From: Vitrella brassicaformis CCMP3155
Taxonomy: Eukaryota > Protista > Chromerida
Length of the DNA: 64,000 bases
Assembly: GCA_001179505.1 (NCBI GenBank)
Contig: CDMY01000241.1
Coordinates: forward strand, 62,001 to 126,000
Direction of reading: 5' to 3'
The notes under the pieces are model-generated. The model did no database searches and was not told the origin of the DNA. It saw nothing but the letters and a program-made list of their open reading frames with translations. Both the position numbers and the translations under genes were made by a program. Positions 37,151 through 51,250 of the stretch are shown here, piece by piece; position 1 is the stretch's first letter, and every line of letters begins with the position of its first letter.

Positions 37151-37748
37151 CACGTGGGTCGCATCCGCTGTGTGCTTTGATGCGTCATGACCTCCGGGGT
37201 CAGTTGGGCCGCTATCACTGCTGTCCATTGGCGGGAGGACACGATCAACCATCTGCACAAAGGAAGGTTATCATAGAGAGGGAGCTGCAGCCATCCTTGT
37301 GTGTCTGGTTTGTCAGTTTGCTGGCTCACTGCTCAGGTAGTTTCCGGCGGCCATCGATGCAGCAGCCATCGCAGAGACCCCCGCTGCCCTCAACACGCCC
37401 GACCGCCGCGGACGAACCTCAGTCGGATCTGAAAGCATTGATGCCACACAGCCGTCCAGGAAGGGTGCATTCACACGTTTCTGCTGTCGCTGTCCTGCCA
37501 GATCTGCCTGCCTGTCTGCCTTTTGTTTTGGCAGTGAGGTACTAGTACGCTAGATGGACGTTCGATGAATTGATCTGACGAAAGGAAACCGCCAGTGCTT
37601 TGCCCAGCCGCTCCCCCAAGCATCTGAGGGGTTCAAAGAAGGCGAGAACTGCTCCACCTCTTGCGAGCGTTGAGTGGGTCGACAGGGCCCGGAGAAAGTC
37701 CTTTGAACCATCTCGTTGCGATGATGCCATGATAGCCGACTCCCCACA

Positions 37749-40700
37749 ATGCCCGCTGACGAGAAAACCGCCGCTCCCCGGCATGGGCAGCACCCCGACT
37801 CATCGTCGCTGTCCGTTGGCGATGCCGTGTGGGTATCGGACCAAGAGGAGGGCTTCGTGAGATGCGTGGTGAGGGAGATCCATGGAGAGGGCACGGACGA
37901 GGCCAAAGTGGTGGTCGAGGTCGACGGCAGCCGTGGCCCTGACCAGCACACAGGTGGGGAGGGAGGAGGGATGGTCCATGGCTTTTTTCTGTTGTTGCTT
38001 TGATGCATTCATAGGTCCGAGGCTGCACACCATCGCTCTGCGTGAGTTGTGCCCGCCGCACCGCGTGTATGAGCCTCTCGACGTGGATGACACCACTAAG
38101 CTCATCTCGCTCGACACGCCGAGCATCCTCGCGAACCTGCGGAATAGATACGGCCTCGACAAGGTCAGAGAAAGAGGGACAGAGAAGCCCCCAGTCCATT
38201 GCCCCTCTTGTGTGTCGTGCGATGGTCATCCAGATATACACGTACGTAGCCAACGTGTTGATAGCTGTCAACCCCTACCACGAGATGCACGGCCTGTACG
38301 GCGACGCCACGTGCGGGCGCTATCGCAACCAGCCCCTCGGCTCCCTCCCACCACACCCATTCGCCATCGCAGACACGGCCTACCGCGCCATGCGGTTCGA
38401 CAAACAGTCACAGGTATGTGTGTGTGTGTGTGTGTGTATGTACGTCCCGACACACCACCCAATGCGTTCAGGCGCCCACACACGGAGTGTGTTGTGTGTG
38501 TTGTGTCACTGTCAGGCGATTGTAGTGTCTGGTGAGTCGGGTGCGGGCAAGACCGAGACGGCCAAGTACCTCATGAGATACCTCGCCTTCCTGGGCGGCT
38601 CGCCCGCATCCGAGGCGGCCGGCCGCCCGTCCATCGACCCCTCCGGCTCGTCCAAACGCCCTTCCCCTCTCCCCACTCGGCTCGACAGCCACCACCAGCA
38701 GGCATACAGACCGCCTAAGGGTCGCTCGGGCACCCCAGCGCCCATGCGCTGCGTGCCATCGGTGCAGGAGAAGATCCTGGGGGCCAACCCGATACTGGAG
38801 AGCATCGGCAACGCCGTGACGACGCGCAACGTCAACAGCTCCCGGTTCGGGCGGCTGAACAAGCTGTACTTCGACGCCAAGGGGCGGCTGGTGGGGGCGG
38901 GCATCACGACGTATTTGCTGGAGAGCAGCCGCGTGGTGCTGCACGGCAAGGGCGAGAGGAACTACCACATCTTCTATGAGATGCTCGCAGGCCTGGAGGA
39001 AAGTAAGCAGAAGAAAATCCGAGCACAATGCGAAACAGCCCTTCCCTCCCTCTCTCCTTCGGTGTGTGCAGGTGAGCTGCGCAAGTTGGATTTGGAGAAG
39101 GACTGGCGCCGATACAACCTCCTCAACCAGGGAGGCACCACAACCACGCCAGCAGCTGCAGACGAGCAGGCCCCTCCCTCTTCATCTTCATCGCGCCCCT
39201 CTCACCCCCACCCCGCCAGCAACGCCCAGACGCGCCGCGACCGTGAGAACTGGGCCAACTTCCGTCGCGCGCTGCGGTCCTACGGCATCACGGCCAGGGA
39301 GGAGGAGGGCATACGGGAGATACTTGCAGGTCCGTGGGGAGGAGGGATGAGACGCGGGAGCTGTCCATGTGTGTGTCTGTGTTCTTATCATGTGCAGCGA
39401 TCCTGATCCTGGGCAATCTGCAGATAACTCAGGTCGGTCAGCACAGGGGAGCTGTGGCAAATGGGATGGCTCCATTGATCGATTTGGCGTCCTGTGTGCC
39501 TGTCTGCCTGCCGCTGGTTGGCTCAGGAGGAGGACCCGGAGGATGGTGTGTGTGGTGGCGATAGCGAGGGCACGGGTGAAGATGGCGGCAGGAGCAGCGT
39601 GGCGGAGTCGGCCAGCGATGCTAACAAGAGCGGAGCGGGCAGAGAGGGGCAGGTGCGTATGTGACGGACGGATGCAACACACACAAAGAGATGGCCACAC
39701 CGGTGTGATGGATGCATCTGGGGATCTGTCTATCTGTATGTGCGTGTGTGTGTGTAGGGTGGTGACGCGAGGAGGATATCTGTGGGCCCCGCAAACCAGA
39801 TTCAGTCGGCTGCTCAGAAACTAGGTCGGCCAGAAAGGCAGATGGTCCATCCACTCCACACAACTGCACGGAAGCTATTCCGTCCATGTGGCCTTGTGTG
39901 CAATCAATAGGTATGGACCCTCCCTGCCTCTTCGACATCCTCACCAGACGGTTAGCTAGTCGGTTCAGCCACCATCAACCACGTGTGTCTGTGTGNNNNN
40001 NNNNNNNNNNNNNNNNNNNNNNNNNNNNNNNNNNNNNNNNNNNNNNNNNNNNNNNNNNNNNNNNNNNNNNNNNNNNNNNNNNNNNNNNNNNNNNNNNNNN
40101 NNNNNNNNNNNNNNNNNNNNNNNNNNNNNNNNNNNNNNNNNNNNNNNNNNNNNNNNNNNNNNNNNNNNNNNNNNNNNNNNNNNNNNNNNNNNNNNNNNNN
40201 NNNNNNNNNNNNNNNNNNNNNNNNNNNNNNNNNNNNNNNNNNNNNNNNNNNNNNNNNNNNNNNNNNNNNNNNNNNNNNNNNNNNNNNNNNNNNNNGGGGC
40301 GTGCTGGACGGGTGCATGCAGGAAGATCAAGAGCGGCAGCAAAGGGGGCCGGTCGATGCGCCAGACCGAAGTTATGATCGAGAGAACGATCATCGAGGCA
40401 AGATCCATACAGCGAGGGCGCCAATAGCCAGACTCACAGACACGTGTGTCTTGGTGTGGTGTGTGTGGTCTGTTAGGCCCGTGCCATCCTGCACTCGTTG
40501 ATCAAGACGCTCTACACCCGTCTCTTTGACTACATCGTCGACCGCATCAACGACAAGAACAAGGCAACAGAGAAACGCCACACACCCACGCATGAGTCCA
40601 TCCATCCATTCGTGCGCACGTCTGTGTGTATGTGTGTGTCGGTGTGTGTGAGCAGCCTGCTGGCTCTCGGTCGCTGGAGGAGGACTACCGCTACATCGGC

Positions 40701-43700
40701 AGTATGGCAGACAAGGGAGAGCCTGTGCATCGCGTGTATGTGTATATGTGTGTGTGTGTGTGTGGATGGATGGATGGATGGATGTGTCAGTCCTGGACAT
40801 ATACGGCTTCGAGTGTCTGGGCATCAACTCGTTCGAGCAGCTCTGCATCAACCTCGCAAACGAGAAGCTCCAGCAGTTCTTCGTTGAGAAGGTACCACAC
40901 ACAAGTTTGAGCTGCTGACTTGACGGGAATGTGCCACGTGTGTCGACCAACCAATCGTTATTGTCTGTCTGCAGGTGCTGGTGAACGAGCAGCGGATGTA
41001 CAAGAATGACGGCCTCAAGTGGGAAGACATTGACATTCAACCTACGGTAGGTCTCTCTCCATCCATCCATCCATCCAGCCATCCATCCAGCCAGCCAGCC
41101 ATCTGTCTGTGTTGTGTGTTATGGGTGCTTTGATGCAGTGTCCGGTGATCGAGGCCATCACGGCCTCCCAGGGCATCTTCGCACTGCTCGATGACGCATC
41201 CAGGCTCGCCGCACTCAACAAAGCCGAGAAGCAGAATGTCACCGACTCAACATTCTGCGAACAAATCAAGGAGGTCAGACCGACACGCCCACCATCTCCG
41301 AGACACACCAGAGACATATGCCTGTGTGTCGATGTGTGTGTGCATCTGCAGAAGGTGCACAAGCGCGAGATGCCCATCAGCGGAGCGGTGGAGATGCCCC
41401 GCACCGATCGCAATGCGGCCAAGGGCGCAGCAGCCGATAGAAAAGGCGTAAGCAACGCTCTCACACAGACGGACACACCTCTCTCTGTCCCGATGTATCT
41501 GTGTGTTTGCACATCCATCCATCCATCCATCCATCAGAGGGGCGGCGGCTGGGAGGACTTCATCGTCCGCCACTATGCCGGCAAGGTCACCTACAACACA
41601 CAGGAATGGCTCCACAAGAACAATGACCGGGTCGGTGCAACACATCACTCACAATCACACACACACACACACACAGATTGACAGGTGTGTCCATCCATCC
41701 ATCCATCCACCCTCAGGTAGAGAAGGAGATAGAGGAGCTGCTCGATTCGTCGGAGCGGTCGCTGGTCAAGTCGTTCGCCCGGCGTCTGAGCGATGCCGAC
41801 GCCGGCAAGGCCGCCAACCAGTTCAGATCCGTCTCCAAAAAGTAGATAGATACCACACACACGACACCGACACCAACAACCACACAAACTTACAAACCTG
41901 TGCTTCCCTTTGACAGGTTTCGCATCAGCTTGGACGCCATGATAGCCGACCTCAACCGGGCTAACCTGCAGTTCATACGGTCCATTTGACATGACAAACA
42001 CACAGGCCACCGAGAGACACACCCGACCGACCTGCCGGTCTGTGTGTGTGGGGTGGGGGATGCAGGTGTTTCCTGCCCAACCGTGAGCAGTGTAGCGGCC
42101 ACTTTGTGGGGTCCCTGGTGCTGGAGCAGCTCAAGCACACCGGCACCCTGGAGCTGGTCGCCATCATGCACAAGGGATACCCCAGCAGGTACGTCTGTCT
42201 GCACTGCACACAGCCGGCCATGTGTGAGTGTGTGTGTGCGTGTGTGTGTGCAGGGTGTCGATAAGTGAGTTGGAGGAGCGTTACCGGTCGCTGCTGCCGT
42301 TCGGCAGCCACTGGGACTCGCGAACCATCAGTACGGGACACACAGGCCTGCCTGCCTGCCTGCCTGGCTCCTCAAATGTCTCAAATGTCTGATGCATTTG
42401 TTCGTTCAGTCGAGTGCATTCTGCTGGCCTACGGCATGGAATCATCATGCTGGCAGATCGGTGTGCACCGTGTGTACTTCAAGGCTGGCCAGGTGGCGAT
42501 GCTCGAGGCCATCAGACAGCGGGGCCCATCACACCTCTCACTCCCGAGGGAAGAGCTCCTCAAGATCAGAGCCAAGCTGCAACTCAAGTACCTACCTTAC
42601 ACCTACAGCCAGACAGACACCGACACAATTGGGTGTGTGTGTGTCGTCCTGTGTTGGCCGTGTGTATGTGTGTGCGTGTAGGCGTCTTCGCCGCGCTGCC
42701 CGAGCAGTGCAGGCGCACAATGCGGTGCTGTGGATGATGCACCGACTGCGCATGCGCAAACAGCGATTCAAGAAACTCCGGGCATGGGTACACCACACAC
42801 ACACACACACCACACACACACACACACACACAGACAGACGAGAGACCCCCTGTTTATCTCATCCATGCCGCTCTCCCTTTGCAGCTGAAGTTGTTTGTGG
42901 CCTTTGTGCCTCTATTCCGGTCGGTGCGTCACGCCCGCATCCTGCGCGCCTTCCAGGCCGTCAAGCGGGCCCGTGAGAGACAGCTCATGAGCTCTCTCCT
43001 CGACGCATGGAAGCGGCGGCCCATCCCACCTGCACCCGAGCCACCTGCGCCTGCACCAGCACCAGCAGCAGCAGCAGCAGCGGACATCTCACCATCCACA
43101 CGTGAGCAGCCTCAATGACGGCGGGGGAAAGGGGCTGGCTCATTCATTCTGTGTGTCCCCCCAATGTCTCGGTCAGGTGTGTTGTCATGCCCCGGGACGA
43201 CGCCCATCGGTGCGTCCGATCGGGCGTTGTTCCCCGTGGTGCCACGGCCGGCCGTCTTCTCTGTCCGGCCACCGGCAGCCGAAGCCCGCGACCTCGACAG
43301 ACACATGTGCGCCATGCACTGGCCCTTCATCCGACAAACAGCCATATGTGTGTGCGTGTGTGGGTGTGTGTGTGCGTGTCAGGCCTGAGTCGATAGTGAT
43401 ATTGGATGGCGGCTTGTCGGTGGTGCAGTGGCGGGTGGACATGGTGGACGACGCAGAGGCTAGCCAGGCGCCCCTGCAGGCGCTCAACAAGGCCGAGAGG
43501 CGCGAGAGGCTGCACGAGGGTGGGAGCGGTGGCAGGCCCCCCTGTCTGCCGATGTGGGAGCTGGACATCAACCGCCTGGCCATCGCACACAAAAAGAGCA
43601 GCAGCAGCACTGGGGAAGAGGCGATAGAAGGCATGGTCGAGATCGTCACTGGATGCCAGCATCCCGTAAGACACCCGAGGCATCTGCTGAATCGCTATGC

Positions 43701-46700
43701 TCATGCTCATGTCTTTGTGTGTCTGCGCATCGGCCGTGACAGGACCGCTGCACTTATCTGGCCTTCATAGATGTGAGCGGGACCCTGGCGCTGCTGCATG
43801 GCGTGGCGGCGCCGTCTGCGGGCGACAGGGTCGAGCTGGGCGGCATCAAAAGACCCGACATCATACCTGCCGATGAGTACCTCCCACCAGACCTCTGGAA
43901 GGACGACATGATCGTGAGTGTGCTCCACACACATTCCCACATCCACACCACACCGACAGTGACAGTTCTCTGCTCCTGTCTCCGTGTCCGTGTCAGCCGT
44001 TGTCGATGTGCTGGGTGCCCCGGCGGCTGCAGCTGGGCATTCTGTGGCTTGTCCTGCGACCGAACCACGACAGCAGCCAGCAGCAGCAGCAGCAGCCTGG
44101 GAGCGGCGTGGAGGTCAGCGGCTGCAGGGCCATGCTCAGACTCACCATATTCAACGAAGAAGGTATTACCAGCTAGCTCGCGCGGTAGCCTGCACACACC
44201 TGCCTTTGTGTGCTTGGGTGTGGGCGCAGACATGCTGTTCAAGAGTGTAGATGGCGGTCGTCGGACGCTCATGAGCCGAGACATCGAAATGCCCGACCCT
44301 TTGCCCGTAAGAACGAACAGACCACACCAGCACCNNNNNNNNNNNNNNNNNNNNNNNNNNNNNNNNNNNNNNNNNNNNNNNNNNNNNNNNNNNNNNNNNN
44401 NNNNNNNNNNNNNNNNNNNNNNNNNNNNNNNNNNNNNNNNNNNNNNNNNNNNNNNNNNNNNNNNNNNNNNNNNNNNNNNNNNNNNNNNNNNNNNNNNNNN
44501 NNNNNNNNNNNNNNNNNNNNNNNNNNNNNNNNNNNNNNNNNNNNNNNNNNNNNNNNNNNNNNNNNNNNNNNNNNNNNNNNNNNNNNNNNNNNNNNNNNNN
44601 NNNNNNNNNNNNNNNNNNNNNNNNNNNNNNNNNNCCCCCCCCCCCCCCCCCCCCCCCCCAACACACACCATCGATCCTTTCGTCCATCCAACAGGCCCTG
44701 GAGAAGTACTGCGGCACGATGGAGGAGGCCAGGGCCATAATGGAAGAGACCGTCTTCACGTCTTACCGGCTGACGGCTCTGGCGTCGGGCAAGGGGTTCG
44801 TCATCGCGGGGCCGGGCATGCTTACCGCACTGCGGGTGAGTCGACCTGGGCAGGCAGACAGGCAGGCAGGCGCACAGAGGCCGCCTGATATCGGACCCTC
44901 TGTCTGTGTCTGTGTCCGGGTGCCCACAGGTGTGTGAAGACCCTTATGTTTTTGGTGCGTCGACCGAGCCCGTCACCCTGCGCACGCTAGAGATCCACTG
45001 GCAGGGGCACAAGGTGAGAGAGCCATCGGGGAACGGGGAGGAGAGAGACCTTCACAAGCACCAAACGAGTGTCTCTGCCTGGTCCAGGAGAGCCCTGTGA
45101 CGACCAGCAAGGGCGACATCGACATTCGGCAGCAGTTCTTCACCTCATGCGCCACGCTCTACCATCCCACAGAGGTGAGAAAGGTGGCCACCACACCAAG
45201 ACAGGCAGGCAGGCGCTCTCAGACACGCGCAGCCCTGTGTATGCGGTTATCAGCAGGAGAGGTCGCAGCTCGCCATCCCGCCTGCATCTCGCCTGCCACA
45301 CCCCAAGCCCACCTCCAAGCACACGAGGGACTCACGCGAGACCAACACCAACACCGTCTTGCGCCAGCAGCACCACCCCGGCACGTCCATCCCACGGCAC
45401 CCGAAGGCATCCGGATGGCGACCGCCTCGCGAGCCCTCAGGTGGCTACACACATGGGCGATCTCGAGTGGTGCAGACTCCGGGGAGTTTGCACTCTCTGT
45501 GTGTGTGTCAGGCGAGCGTGTTGGTTCTCGGCTGGTTAGCGGGCGGGAGTGTGAGGTCCGCGAGAGGAAGGAGGGCTGGCGAAAGGAGGCGAAGGTGTTT
45601 GAGGAGGGCGTCGAGCAGCTCTTGCTGGGCGAGGGCAGGTCGGTCGGTCACACGCACACAACACAACACAAGACACGCCTATTATCTATCCCCCTCTCCC
45701 CATTTGTGGACCTGTATGTGTGTTGTGTGTTGTGTGCAGGAGCAATCTCTACAGCTTCTCGTTCCAGTACATGCCAGCGCCTCACTCGCCCCTCAACCCC
45801 AAGCGCACCCCTGGCACCACCGGCACCACACGAGGCCGCCCGCCCTCGCCATCGCCCCCGCCCGCCTCGCGAGTGCTGCCCCGGAAGAAGCTGCAGCTGT
45901 TGTCCGTCGACTCAATGCCCGACTGGCACAAGACATTTATGCAAGCCCGTAAGTCCCTCCCGCTGATGAGAGGACCGCGGGACCCATGGCTCGTGTGTGT
46001 GTGTGTGTGTGTGTGTTGGCCAGCCGATGACGAGGAGCAGACGCGGTTCCATCTGGTGAAGGTGCGTGGGGTGGGCCCGGCGGCCGACCCTCTGGCGCCC
46101 AGCACGGAGCCCCTCTCCCTGCCAGCACACATATGCAGCATCTCACACAGGGCCGACATCGTCAGCCTCCCACCATTCTCATTCAAGGCACTCCCGCCCC
46201 CACCACCAGCACCCCCAGCACCCCCGGCAGCAGCAGCAGCAGCAGCTGCTGCTGGGGCGTCCAGCAGCAGCAACGGCAACAGCAGCAGTAGCAGGGGGGA
46301 GGGCGGGCGATGGCGTCGTCGTCTGTCGATGTCGACTGTGGTGCCCCAGTCGATGGAGACCATCGACTCGTGCTACTGGCCCGTCTACCCATCCGAGCGG
46401 AAGGAATTCCTGTAAGTAAACCGAAAGAGCGACCAGCAGAGAGAGGCGTGTGACTGGGTGTGTATGTGTGTGTGTGTGTGTTTGGGGGGATTGTCAGGTT
46501 CCACGAAGACGTGAATGTGTTGGCCGCGGAGCCGTGCCACGCTGCCCACTCGATGGTGCTATGGGTACGAGTGTTCAGGCAAACAGAGGACGAGACCATT
46601 TGATCTACACTCACTTTCCTCTGCGATGCGATGCAGGCTGCTGGTGGCCGGGGATTGGTGTATCACGTGCCGAGCCGCTGTGTGGTGTGCACGTTCATCA

Positions 46701-46740
46701 AGCCCGACCACACGGGCAGCACGGAGGGTCGTCGTAGTTA
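37749..46740 (+). CDS. Unconventional myosin, class VI-like (apicomplexan MyoJ/K-type), long non-coiled tail; 3' end uncertain
   Basis: N-terminal SH3-like segment ([10 protein letters not shown]), [16 protein letters not shown]-loop GESGAGKTE, switch I NVNSSRFG, switch [40 protein letters not shown] and VYFKAG, followed by IQ-like helices. Confidence 0.9.
39996..40295. other. Assembly gap (300 N) within the myosin gene
   Basis: N run. Confidence 0.99.
44335..44634. other. Assembly gap (300 N) within the myosin gene, poly-C on the right
   Basis: N run followed by a C homopolymer. Confidence 0.99.
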
Positions 46741-46798
46741 GACAGACACACGGATGCATAGACGAGAGAGAGAGAGAGCGCATGTGTGGTGGGGGGGG

Positions 46799-47098
46799 NN
46801 NNNNNNNNNNNNNNNNNNNNNNNNNNNNNNNNNNNNNNNNNNNNNNNNNNNNNNNNNNNNNNNNNNNNNNNNNNNNNNNNNNNNNNNNNNNNNNNNNNNN
46901 NNNNNNNNNNNNNNNNNNNNNNNNNNNNNNNNNNNNNNNNNNNNNNNNNNNNNNNNNNNNNNNNNNNNNNNNNNNNNNNNNNNNNNNNNNNNNNNNNNNN
47001 NNNNNNNNNNNNNNNNNNNNNNNNNNNNNNNNNNNNNNNNNNNNNNNNNNNNNNNNNNNNNNNNNNNNNNNNNNNNNNNNNNNNNNNNNNNNNNNNNN
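46799..47098. other. Assembly gap (300 N) flanked by G runs
   Basis: N run between G tracts. Confidence 0.99.
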
Positions 47099-47491
47099 GG
47101 GGGAGTGGGGGGGGAACACAGCAGATACGAGGATAGATATCATGCTTTGTGTTTTCTATGATGGATAAATGGGTGGGTGAAGGGGCTTTGTGAATAGTGA
47201 ACGGATGGATGGGGGCATTTGCATTGCACGCACGTCATCAATTTACCGGGTAAAGACTCTGTTAACGCGCCAAAAGACGTCAGCCAAAATTGTCGCACTC
47301 ATCCTCGTGTCCATCCATCCATTCATCCACAAGCGAGACGCCCCACGGGCCCTTGATGCATGAGAAAGGCACGCATACGGCGGGGGCGGAAACAAAAGCC
47401 AATCAGGCGGAGCAATAGGGACGAAAAAGACTATATGTGCACCCCTCCCTCCCTCCCTCCCTCCCCCTGTCGTCGGTCAGTCAGCGTCTGT

Positions 47492-49936
<2,445 letters not shown>

Positions 49937-51250
49937 TCACAGCCCTGGCTTCTTGCTTAGTGTGTGGCCCTGTTGCTAACCCCGGCGCACCGGAGACGCT
50001 CTTGTGAGTCAAGAACAGCTTTTCCTTTCGTTAGCTCGCAGATCCTTGGGTCCTGCCGGGAAACATGGGGCCCTTCCAAAGGATTGAATCCATTGCAAGC
50101 GTGTGTGTCATTGCCGTTGCTTTTGACTTGCAGGAAATGCACCAAATAGCATCAACAAGCAGCGTTTTCGTTGAGTCATCCACGACGCCTGGCAAGTTCT
50201 GTGCAGACATGTGTCACGTACATTCACCCCTTCTTTGGTAGGACAGCTGGTGTGTGCATGTGTGTGGGTGTTAGTGCTCGGTGTGTGTGGGTTCCGGGCA
50301 CACACGTACGAGTGTGTACGAGAAGCCGGAGAATGCACACCATCCCCGTCCCTCAGCGTGGAAACACGACAGCCAAAATGGCAGGTGGAATGCATAGGAT
50401 AGCCCACTCACTCCACATTGGCCGGCCAGACCAACAGAATTGGACACACAAATGTACACGTCTCATTGAGGAATGTTTTGATGTGCGGCATGGCGTTCGA
50501 GGGAGACGGAGGGAGAGGGCGACGTCAACGATGCCCCCACCCTGGAAGTGTTGGTGTGGTGCCCCACTTGTGCAGCATCGGCTGCAGGAATGGCTTGAGG
50601 TTTTTGCTGGGGAGCGGGATGGAACTGCAGGCACACTGCCTGCCGCCCAGCCCTCAATAGACGTCCGCACCTGCACGCAGAAATCCACACACACCCATAG
50701 CAGCCAGCCAGGACGCTTCACCATCCCTCACACTCCCCGCACCCACCTGTTGCACTGTGGGTATGACGATGTGCATGCATCGGCACACTCGGACGGGCAG
50801 GGCGGCGGTGGGAAGAGCTAGACACCATCGTACCTGACACTGGCAGACAGACAGAGGCGGGGAGAGAGAGAGACTGGGGGCGGTGCGTCAGCGAGAGGAA
50901 GCCAAGTCGAGAGAAGGTGCACGCCAGAAGACCACTGTCGGGGAATTTATGGAAGGATGATCCATTCACGCAGTAAGTCGAATCAAAAGACTTGAATGAA
51001 TGTCCATCACACAGTAAGGCAAAACCAAACTTTGCCAAAATGGTCACCAACACCGTGCAGCCCACACAGAAAAACCGTGCATCCATCTATCCCTCTCTGG
51101 TCCATAATGACAGCACTCAGCTGCTGCACGACAACACTCAGCAGCTTGAAGTGCCCCCCACCATCCCGGCTGCTGCCAACAGCACACGGCAACACTCAGT
51201 GGCTTAACACGCCCCCCATCCACCCCACAGCCCTCCCTCCCCCCTCCCTC

